DNA of 64,000 nucleotides. It comes from Escherichia coli. Its GTDB lineage: Bacteria > Pseudomonadota > Gammaproteobacteria > Enterobacterales > Enterobacteriaceae. The DNA is taken from the NCBI RefSeq assembly GCF_013315695.1, contig NZ_CP054353.1; one strand, given 5' to 3'. The notes under the pieces are model-generated. The model did no database searches. It was not told where the DNA came from and saw nothing but the letters and a program-made list of their open reading frames with translations. The position numbers and the translations under genes were made by a program. Shown here piece after piece: positions 54,806 through 64,000 of the stretch. How positions within the stretch are numbered: position 1 is the first letter of the stretch; every line of letters begins with the position of its first letter.

Positions 54806-55336
54806 TTATTGAAATTCAAGGGTAAAGGTTGCCGAAGCGCTCACCAGTCCAGGATTGACGGACTTCTGAGTTGACTTCAAACGAGCGGAGTAAGGCAAAA
54901 TATTGTTCTGTTCTGGTACCAATGGGATCCACTGCATCTCGGCATGAAGGTCATTCAATTTCACCGGACGCATATTTCCGTCCAGTATTTCTATACCCAA
55001 ACCGGAGGCCGTATTGCTTCCTTCATCCAGTTTCAACAGAGTATTATTTTCTGCATCCTCAATACCGTTAAATGCAACCCGAACTCCCGTTGTCCCTTTG
55101 CTGCATTCACTTAATGTAATCTGAAAAGGGACGGCTGGACTTGTGCTACCGGTCGTTGGAAATTGTCTGGCACTGTTTTTTTGGAGATCTACGGTAAAAT
55201 TAAGCGAATCCGATGAGACTGTGCAGCCATAATCGAGAACGCGCCCGCTAATTTTAATAACGCTATCTGCGGATAAAGCAGAATAGGTGGTTAACCCCAG
55301 ACATAAACCGAGGAAAATAACGTTATTGTATTTCAT
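54806..55336 (-). CDS. ydeS: Fimbrial subunit (ydeS-like), 176 aa
   Basis: Signal peptide plus pilin fold ending ...TFTLEFQ; length matches remembered YdeS. Confidence 0.7.
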   Translation of the reverse strand: MKYNNVIFLGLCLGLTTYSALSADSVIKISGRVLDYGCTVSSDSLNFTVDLQKNSARQFPTTGSTSPAVPFQITLSECSKGTTGVRVAFNGIEDAENNTLLKLDEGSNTASGLGIEILDGNMRPVKLNDLHAEMQWIPLVPEQNNILPYSARLKSTQKSVNPGLVSASATFTLEFQ

Positions 55337-55349
55337 AATCTATTGTTCC

Positions 55350-56149
55350 TTAGCGACAGATTGCTGTCTGCTGGTTCAGCAAGGTTCCAGGAGAGACTGC
55401 AGGAAGCTTGTAATCGACAATACAGTTTGAGTTTTTATCATTGCCCCATGAAACCTGTAATTTCCCTGACTGCGGAAGTCCAGTCAGATAAACCTGACCA
55501 TTTTCCGCGACAATGCTGCCATTTTTATTCTCTCCGTGAGTGACAATTGCACCGAATGGAACGCTTTTATTACCGTACTTCAACGTCATTAATACTTTCC
55601 CGCCGATTTGTGCATTAAATGTTGCTCTGGCAATAGCACCGTGAGTTGGGATGACAGTGACTACGGTTTCATCCAGTTCAACATTATCTGCAAGGGAATT
55701 CGCGTTAAGAGCGACACGATTTTCTCTATATTCTGTCGCAAATGGTAATATGGCATAGCCACGCCAGTCGGTATGAATTCCGGTCTGGTTCTCTATTTTG
55801 ACATTATCAGCGCCAGGAGCCTTAACCAGAACCATTGTGTCGCCCAGCGGCTGTCCAAAGGTGATGCCATCAGCATGAGCAATAATCCCACCACTCATTC
55901 CGTAATAAATCTGGCTGCTGTCACCACTCCGACTGTAACCGACATTCGTATTACCGTAAGCTCCACGATAATTAAGAGAACTGTAACCATTGGTGCCAGA
56001 CGATGTATTACCCCCTTGGGTGTTACCGACCTGAACGCTATAATTCAGGTTATTATCCGGCAGCAGAGTGCCATAAACCCCTGATAGGTTGGTCATGCCG
56101 CCTTTCAAATCGTTTGACATACTGTAACTGGCGTTTGAATTACGAAATG
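55350..56149 (-). pseudogene. ydeT: Fimbrial usher C-terminal fragment (ydeT-like), interrupted upstream by IS2
   Basis: ORF 55350..56177 resembles FimD-family usher C-terminal domains; ORF start lies inside IS2. Confidence 0.7.
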
Positions 56150-56240
56150 TAGACTGGCCCCCTGAATCTCCAGACAACCAGTATCACTTATTTAAGTGAT
56201 AGTCTTAATACTAGTTTTTAGACTAGTCATTGGAGAGCAG

Positions 56241-56606
56241 ATGATTGATGTCTTAGGACCGGAGAAACGCAGACGGCGTACCACACAGGAAAAGATCGCA
56301 ATTGTTCAGCAGAGCTTTGAACCGGGGATGACGGTCTCCCTCGTTGCCCGGCAACATGGTGTAGCAGCCAGCCAGTTATTTCTCTGGCGTAAGCAATACC
56401 AGGAAGGAAGTCTTACTGCTGTCGCCGCCGGAGAACAGGTTGTTCCTGCCTCTGAACTTGCTGCCGCCATGAAGCAGATTAAAGAACTCCAGCGCCTGCT
56501 CGGCAAGAAAACGATGGAAAATGAACTCCTCAAAGAAGCCGTTGAATATGGACGGGCAAAAAAGTGGATAGCGCACGCGCCCTTATTGCCCGGGGATGGG
56601 GAGTAA
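56241..56606 (+). CDS. insC: IS2 InsC (OrfA)
   Basis: [56 protein letters not shown]... Confidence 0.93.
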
Positions 56607-57469
56607 GCTTAGTCAGCCGTTGTCTCCGGGTGTCGCGTGCGCAGTTGCACGTCATTCTCAGACGAACCGATGACTGGATGGATGGCCGCCGCAGTCGTCA
56701 CACTGATGATACGGATGTGCTTCTCCGTATACACCATGTTATCGGAGAGCTGCCCACGTATGGTTATCGTCGGGTATGGGCGCTGCTTCGCAGACAGGCA
56801 GAACTTGATGGTATGCCTGCGATCAATGCCAAACGTGTTTACCGGATCATGCGCCAGAATGCGCTGTTGCTTGAGCGAAAACCTGCTGTACCGCCATCGA
56901 AACGGGCACATACAGGCAGAGTGGCCGTGAAAGAAAGCAATCAGCGATGGTGCTCTGACGGGTTCGAGTTCTGCTGTGATAACGGAGAGAGACTGCGTGT
57001 CACGTTCGCGCTGGACTGCAGTGATCGTGAGGCACTGCACTGGGCGGTCACTACCGGCGGCTTCAACAGTGAAACAGTACAGGACGTCATGCTGGGAGCG
57101 GTGGAACGCCGCTTCGGCAACGATCTTCCGTCGTCTCCAGTGGAGTGGCTGACGGATAATGGTTCATGCTACCGGGCTAATGAAACACGCCAGTTCGCCC
57201 GGATGTTGGGACTTGAACCGAAGAACACGGCGGTGCGGAGTCCGGAGAGTAACGGAATAGCAGAGAGCTTCGTGAAAACGATAAAGCGTGACTACATCAG
57301 TATCATGCCCAAACCAGACGGGTTAACGGCAGCAAAGAACCTTGCAGAGGCGTTCGAGCATTATAACGAATGGCATCCGCATAGTGCGCTGGGTTATCGC
57401 TCGCCACGGGAATATCTGCGGCAGCGGGCTTGTAATGGGTTAAGTGATAACAGATGTCTGGAAATATAG
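56564..57469 (+). CDS. insD: IS2 transposase InsD (OrfB, expressed by -1 frameshift from insC)
   Basis: 301-aa ORF overlapping the insC 3' end in the -1 frame; DDE integrase-type sequence. Confidence 0.93.
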
Positions 57470-57480
57470 GGGCAAATCCA

Positions 57481-58125
57481 AAATGCCGACTGACTGTCTG
57501 TGCGCATCCAATGACTAAAGGGAACATTAAGCGTAAAAGCGAGTAAATGATCCCGATCGTTTTGCCATATATTATTGGAATAGCTGTAATTCAGCGAAGT
57601 CGTAATATCACTAAACGGCACATTTAATCCAAATGATATTTGCTGGTCGCTGCGTGACGTGTTCCAGTAACTTTGGCGACTGGCACTGAAAAATGTCGTA
57701 CCGTAATTTCCAAGCTGCTGAGAGATGCTTATTTGTTCCTGACCACGCTTACTGTAGAACAGATTAAAATAATCAATAAATTGTGTCTGCTCATTGCTGT
57801 CTCCGGTAGGAGGCTTGACGGTGTAACCACTCATTCGACTGTAGGCACTGTCGGATAAGTTATAAAAACCTTGCGTAGAATAGCGATATCCTGCGACCTG
57901 GATATTGGTTCCCGTCTGGTAGAAGGATTTGCTGTAGACGGATTTAATCGATTGCCCGCTGTGACGGGTGCCATCTGCAAGTGTCGTATTGGCCTGCGTG
58001 ATATCGAAAGAAAAGGCACCAAAAAGTCCTAAATCTTTACCAATACCAAGGTTGAAGGCCTGATAATCTTCTGCAATTTGCATTCCGCCATAAGGCGTCC
58101 AGTTTCCTTCCAGTCCATGCATCAA
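57481..58125 (-). pseudogene. ydeT: Fimbrial usher internal fragment (ydeT-like); N-terminal part of the usher absent
   Basis: ORF 57394..58125 is usher-like until it runs into IS2; together with 55350..56149 about 480 codons, roughly half of a full usher; upstream is AT-rich non-coding. Confidence 0.65.
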
Positions 58126-58506
58126 GTCATTCTGTTATTGCTTATAAAACAAGAATCATTCTTGATGGGATATTGCCCTGAGAATATAGTTTCCAGGGTT
58201 ATTACATTTCACGAAGAACGATAATATCTTTAAATTACAAGGACACCTAATCACAACAAGTTTATTGCAGCACTTGTTGTAGAGAGTATTTGCAAAGACA
58301 TTTTATGTCGCTAAATAACATGACGATTTCATTATGCATGTTATTTATAAACCGTGACTAAACAGAATATTATTGCGAACAAGGGAAGTGTCAGGAAAGG
58401 TCAAGAGCGACCAATGGTTTATATGGCTATAAATCATTAGCTATAGTTAATGTTTGCCTGGTGTAACTAACACGGAATTGCTCTAAACAGATAAGTGCAG
58501 GGTTTA

Positions 58507-58761
58507 TTAAAGCTGACCGACAGACTTTCTTAACCTGGTAATATCTCTCTTAGGTGACTCTCCAAACATCCGCGAATATTCCCGACTGAAATGGGATAAG
58601 CTTTCGTAACCGACAACATAGGCTGCAGTGGTGACATCGTAATGTTCATTCAGCATCAGTCGCCTGGCTTCATTGAGGCGTAGCCATTTCTGATACCGGA
58701 GTGGACTCATTCCCGCAAGCTGTATGAAGTGTTGATGGAAAGAGGGGGTGTTCATTTGCAC
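58507..58761 (-). pseudogene. yneL: AraC-family regulator C-terminal HTH fragment (yneL-like)
   Basis: 84-aa ORF with AraC-type second HTH (...YVVGYESLSHFSREYSRMFGESPKR...); no intact N-terminal domain upstream. Confidence 0.6.
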
Positions 58762-59150
58762 GCGGTTTGCCAGCCTGACTCTTCAACGCAGGGAAGATGC
58801 GGCAAACGGCAAACCTGCATACCAGCCAGCCTATATCCGGTATGCACAGGCCAATCATGAAAGAGGAGAGGCTTTATGTTCTGGAACCCTGAAGTAATAA
58901 CGACGACCGGAAAATCGCTTCGCATCACTCAAATCACATTTAACATAATATACATTATGCGCACCAACATAAACCAAGGAAGAATCCAGTCGTTGGCGGT
59001 CATGATTGTCGTGCTCATTAATAACGACCAAACCCCATATTAACTGCCGCATCAAAAACGCCATGATCCGCGCGATGCCTGGGCCTCCATCTGATTCATG
59101 AAAGTGACAACGGTCTGGCATAACGGCTGGCTAACCACTCCGGTGCATAC

Positions 59151-61119
59151 TTAAAGGTGTGCGCGCCGTTGGCTAACTTCGTTAAGTTCGCCGGTCACGT
59201 TTTTTAGCGTTAACAGACCGTCACTAGCAATATTTCCTCTGCCTAACCCCTGCGTATTGTCGAGGCTGACTTCCGCATTTGGGCTAATGCTGGTTAACGC
59301 ATTGTAGCGTGCATTAAGCCCCTCGATAGCCAGTGTTCCCCCTGTAACATTCAGGTTTCCGCCACCTGTCAGTTCGCCCTGACTGATCCCACCTTTATTC
59401 ACCGTCAGCGAACCTTCTTTGAACAAAACAGTCGAACCCATCAGCCCGGTGAATGTCTCCACCGTCTGGGCCGATCCATTAAGATCGACGATGGCCGCGT
59501 TGCTGATGTTCAGTTCCCGGGTGTTGCCCAGCGCGCCATCCGCATCGGTACGTAATGTCCCCATCTGAACATAGGTTGCCCCCTGATAGTCGTTCTGACC
59601 GTTGGAAAGCGAAACCTGTCGCACCGTATTGATTGCCAGATCCCCTTCACCACCGATTTTTGCCGACATATCGGCCGTTGCGCCATAGGCTCCGCCATGT
59701 TCGGCTAACGTCAGCTTTTGCCCTCCATGGATGTTCAGCGCTTTCAGCCCATAGTTAACGTACAAACCATCACCTGGTGCGGTCGTGAGGCGGAATCCAT
59801 AATCACCCTCGGCGACCACCGTTCCGTTTTGCGCAATGTGTAACGTTTTGTCCGCTTCCACCTCGTCGCCCTGTAAATCACGTAACGTTAATGAGCCACC
59901 CGACCCAATAACCGTTTGCGCCTTCACCAGTTGAACGCCGACATGGCTATCATCGTGTTCCAGCAAATTGAGCGTCGTCAGAGGGTTATTCGCCATGGGA
60001 TCATTCCACGGTTTAGGCACGTCGATAAGCACGTCGCCCGTCCCGTTTACCTGATAGTTACGGCCTTTCCAGGTGTAGTCACCCGCGCCGACAACCAGCG
60101 TATCGACGCTGATATATCCCTCTGCAAGCGTCGCAGCAGGAATATCCGTATCGAAAATGAGCGTACCGCCATTCATGGCCAGTCCACCAATGGATTGCTC
60201 TCCCACTTTTACCGATGTGGTATTTTCACTGTCAGACTGCAACATCGCGTGAGTAAGCGCAGCGGTGTTGTCGCGTTCCAGAGTGAAGGTACTGTCTTTC
60301 AGTTGGGCAACACCGGCGAATTCAGTCCCTGTTGCATGGGTAAAGCCAAATATCTTGTCGGAGGATGACAGCTGCACTCGCATCAAGCCATCGCCTTTGA
60401 GCGCATTGGTCAGCGTGTAATCTCCTGCGCTGTTCGTTGATGCGAGAATGTCGAGCGTACCGGGGCTTGCAATGGTGACTTCACTCGAACCCATGCCTGT
60501 TACCCCATCTGCCGTATGTGACGCAATAGTCAGGAGGCCGTCATTGACCAGCGTTTTACCGCTATAAGTATTCCCTGCATTGAACACCGTATGGCCTGCA
60601 TCATGCATCACTTTTCCGTCTTTATCGTCACCCGTAATCAGCATATCGACCTGGTAGCCGGCATCACTGTTATTGGTATGATTAAAGACAAAAACGCCTT
60701 CGCCAAGACCAAACTCCACTTTCGTCGCATTGGTAATAAACCCGGCATCTGCCGCCACCTCACCGTGAGCAGCACCAATGTTTAGCGTTCCTACAGCAGG
60801 CTCAAAAACACCTAAGTAAACTTCTCCACCTTCGACATTCAGCGTGCCGTTATTCGTCAGGGTTAACGTACCTGTGCCAGTCGTCCCTACGTTCATATTG
60901 AATGTTTCAAGAAGAGAGTTCTGCCCATCCACCCGCACGTCGCCCTTACTTTTGTCATTCAGAGCTATCTGTGTATCACGCGCTTTAACTATACCTCCGG
61001 TGGTAATATTCAGTTCACCCGTACCTAATACACCGACCTGTAGCAATTGGGCGTTAGTAGATGACGTTTTTAAATTCCAGAGACTATCCGTTGAAATATT
61101 AACTATCCCCTTACCGGAG
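59151..61119 (-). pseudogene. AIDA-I-like autotransporter adhesin passenger domain, C-proximal part (no beta-barrel translocator follows)
   Basis: ORF 59151..61046 (631 aa), Gly/Thr/Asn-rich beta-helix-type repeats (TGTGTLTLTNNGTLNVEGG...); ends ...EVSQRRAHL without a barrel domain. Confidence 0.7.
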
Positions 61120-62545
61120 TAATGCCGATCAGTTAAGGATCAGTTGACCGATCCAGTGGCTGTGTAAGAATCCGGAAACGCTCACTTGTTTCCGGATTTT
61201 TTTATGCACATTGGACAGGCTCTTGATCTGGTATCCCGTTACGATTCTCTGCGTAACCCACTGACTTCTCTGGGGGATTACCTCGACCCCGAACTCATCT
61301 CTCGTTGCCTTGCCGAATCAGGTACTGTAACGCTACGCAAGCGCCGTCTTCCCCTCGAAATGATGGTCTGGTGTATTGTTGGCATGGCGCTTGAGCGTAA
61401 AGAACCTCTTCACCAGATTGTGAATCGCCTGGACATCATGCTGCCGGGCAATCGCCCCTTCGTTGCCCCCAGTGCCGTTATTCAGGCCCGCCAGCGCCTG
61501 GGAAGTGAGGCTGTCCGCCGCGTGTTCACGAAAACAGCGCAGCTCTGGCATAACGCCACGCCGCATCCGCACTGGTGCGGCCTGACCCTGCTGGCCATCG
61601 ATGGTGTGTTCTGGCGCACACCGGATACACCAGAGAACGATGCAGCCTTCCCCCGCCAGACACATGCCGGGAACCCGGCGCTCTACCCGCAGGTCAAAAT
61701 GGTCTGCCAGATGGAACTGACCAGCCATCTGCTGACGGCTGCAGCCTTCGGCACGATGAAGAACAGCGAAAATGAGCTTGCTGAGCAACTTATAGAACAA
61801 ACCGGCGATAACACTCTGACGTTAATGGATAAAGGTTATTACTCACTGGGACTGTTAAATGCCTGGAGCCTGGCGGGAGAACACCGCCACTGGATGATAC
61901 CTCTCAGAAAGGGAGCGCAATATGAAGAGATCAGAAAACTGGGTAAAGGCGATCATCTGGTGAAGCTGAAAACCAGCCCGCAGGCACGAAAAAAGTGGCC
62001 GGGACTGGGAAATGAAGTGACAGCCCGCCTGCTGACCGTGACGCGCAAAGGAAAAGTCTGCCATCTGCTGACGTCGATGACGGACGCCATGCGCTTCCCC
62101 GGAGGAGAAATGGCGGATCTGTACAGTCATCGCTGGGAAATCGAACTGGGATACAGGGAGATAAAACAGACGATGCAACTGAGCAGGCTGACGCTGAGAA
62201 GTAAAAAACCGGAGCTTGTGGAGCAAGAGCTGTGGGGTGTCTTACTGGCTTATAATCTGGTGAGATATCAGATGATTAAAATGGCGGAACATCTGAAAGG
62301 TTACTGGCCGAATCAACTGAGTTTCTCAGAATCATGCGGAATGGTGATGAGAATGCTGATGACATTGCAGGGCGCTTCACCGGGACGTATACCGGAGCTG
62401 ATGCGCGATCTTGCAAGTATGGGACAACTTGTGAAATTACCGACAAGAAGGGAAAGGGCCTTCCCGAGAGTGGTAAAGGAGAGGCCCTGGAAATACCCCA
62501 CAGCCCCGAAAAAGAGCCAGTCAGTTGCTTAACTGACTGGCATTA
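61120..62545 (+). mobile_element. IS4 copy 2 (1426 bp) with perfect 13-bp target-site duplication
   Basis: Same terminal repeats as copy 1; ccccttaccggag at 61107..61119 and 62546..62558. Confidence 0.95.
61204..62532 (+). CDS. insG: IS4 transposase
   Basis: Translation identical to copy 1. Confidence 0.93.
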   Translation: MHIGQALDLVSRYDSLRNPLTSLGDYLDPELISRCLAESGTVTLRKRRLPLEMMVWCIVGMALERKEPLHQIVNRLDIMLPGNRPFVAPSAVIQARQRLGSEAVRRVFTKTAQLWHNATPHPHWCGLTLLAIDGVFWRTPDTPENDAAFPRQTHAGNPALYPQVKMVCQMELTSHLLTAAAFGTMKNSENELAEQLIEQTGDNTLTLMDKGYYSLGLLNAWSLAGEHRHWMIPLRKGAQYEEIRKLGKGDHLVKLKTSPQARKKWPGLGNEVTARLLTVTRKGKVCHLLTSMTDAMRFPGGEMADLYSHRWEIELGYREIKQTMQLSRLTLRSKKPELVEQELWGVLLAYNLVRYQMIKMAEHLKGYWPNQLSFSESCGMVMRMLMTLQGASPGRIPELMRDLASMGQLVKLPTRRERAFPRVVKERPWKYPTAPKKSQSVA

Positions 62546-64000
62546 CCCCTTACCGGAGGCATTTCCTCCGATAAATCCATAGCCCGTTGAATTAAGGGTG
62601 GCACCATTACTGACATTTACGATGCCGCTACCAAAATTACCGACATTGATACCTACAGTATCGAACGATGATGTCGCATCCATCAGGTTCAGTGTGCCGA
62701 TACCGCTTGCTTTATCGCCCAAAAAAGTAATATTTTGCGATACGAACTTACCGCCATCGCTGATATTGAGGTTTCCGACGCCCGCTACACCAATGGTGGT
62801 ATAGACATTCTTATTGACCTCCCATATCCCCCCCGTGGTGATGCTAACCTTCCCGACGCCGGTTTCTCCATAACCGAGTGAACTTCCTCCGTTGCTGACA
62901 ACAAGCCCCTCATTACTGATATTCATTTCGCCGTGGCCGTCATAACCAAGATTAGTTCCGAGATTAGTGATAACGGAGTTCTTATCCTTAACAGTAATGT
63001 TGCCTGTGCCTGTTTCTTTCATCCCCGCAGTGATAATTCCCGAATCTACTTTGCCTTCACTAGAGACATTAAGTTCACCGTCGCCAGCATCACCGATATA
63101 GATATAGCGGAAAGCTTCGCCCGTTCCGAGGAAATTCCAATGCCCTTTATCGGTCACGTTGACGACACCGTGGGAACCGTCCTGAACGCCCACCAATGAA
63201 TATTCTTTGTTATTAATCAGTCCATTATTGGAAATATTGACTTTGCCATTACCGAAATATCCATTATAGAGTCTGCGTACCGTGATGACAGAGTCTTGAT
63301 CCTGCACATTCAGGGTTCCGATACCGGTGGCATTGCCTCCGATAATCGTATTTTCAGCCGTAATTAGCCCACCCTCGCGAATAGTCGCTTCCCCAGTTCC
63401 TTGATTACCAATTTGAAATTCAATTGAGGAATCGTTATTTTTTATTAGCCACTCACCGCCCTTTTCAACGACAACCTTACCATTACTGTTCGCTTGATAT
63501 CCTACAGTGGCGACTATTGAACTCGTGACGTAACCCTTATCCGTAATATTTAATGAGCCCGTACCGTAACTCCCTATTTCGAATAATTCGGTCGTCAGAA
63601 CCGAGTCCTCTCCCTCAACATTAACCGTCCCGACGCCTCCTGTCGAAGAACCTATCCTTAAATATCCTCCGTCAACGTGACCCTTCTGTTTAATATTCAG
63701 CGTCCCCGTTCCGGATTGACCCACATTTAAAGGCCTTGCATTATTTCCGCTATCATACAATCGCCAGGTGCCACCCAAAACATTAACGGTGCCCTCCGAG
63801 TCCTCATTACCACCAATGACGCTGGTAGTAATAGTGGTTAAGGAGGCATTACCGCCAGCCAAAATATTAAGCACTCCAGTGCCATACCACCCAACCAGGT
63901 AGGCATCGTAAGCAACATCAGTATTAATATTGGTAATCTGACCATTATCAACTTCCAGACTCGCACCAGACGCTGAACCGCTTAGTGCCAGCAAAACACC
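62546..64000 (-). pseudogene. AIDA-I-like autotransporter passenger domain, N-proximal part (continues beyond window end)
   Basis: ORF 62543..63994 (483 aa) with repetitive G/N/T-rich motifs (GTGTLNIKQKGHVDGG..., GTGEATIREGG...); stop lies 3 nt inside IS4 copy 2. Confidence 0.7.

Larger units (their letters stand above)
56150..57480 (+). mobile_element. IS2 (1331 bp) flanked by 5-bp target duplication AAATG
   Basis: Ends TAGACTGGCCCCCTGAATCTCC... and ...GGAAATATAGGGGCAAATCCA match IS2; aaatg at 56145..56149 and 57481..57485. Confidence 0.95.

Noticed and set aside
58126-58506. AT-rich 380-bp segment upstream of the usher fragment
   Set aside because: No ORF, repeat or RNA-like structure; it is simply where the usher homology ends and so marks the old truncation point.
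58855-59121. 88-aa minus-strand ORF between the yneL-like fragment and the autotransporter
   Set aside because: No recognisable domain or SD; probably debris of the decayed AraC-family gene or chance; not HipA/HipB-like.

Overview
This window is an Escherichia coli / Shigella-type chromosomal segment, recognised by reading the ORF-track translations against remembered E. coli K-12 proteins and gene order; no database search was run. Positions 1-51985 are collinear with the K-12 purR-to-fumA region in inverted orientation: ydhB', purR, ynhF, ydhP, sodB, mepH, grxD, lhr, rnt, gloA, nemA, nemR, ydhL, ydhF, sodC, ydhKJI, slyA, slyB, anmK, mliC, pdxH, tyrS, pdxY, gstA, dtpA, nth, rsxEGDCBA, ydgK, cnu, blr, ydgJ, add, malYX, malI, hdhA, uidR, uidABC, ydgA, manA, fumA. 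From about 42.9 kb onward the sequence is IS-riddled and decayed. uidA carries a 5-bp frameshift deletion, an IS1 replaces the uidB 3' end and uidC 5' end, and an IS4 copy without target duplication joins the fumA 3' end to a different locus (the ydeQRST-like fimbrial remnant, yneL-like AraC fragment and an AIDA-like autotransporter passenger). That second locus also holds an IS2 in the usher gene and a second identical IS4 in the autotransporter. I found no CRISPR array, rRNA, tRNA, prophage or convincing novel multi-gene system; the most notable signals are the IS-mediated rearrangements, the dead gus operon and a rsxC repeat-number variant.
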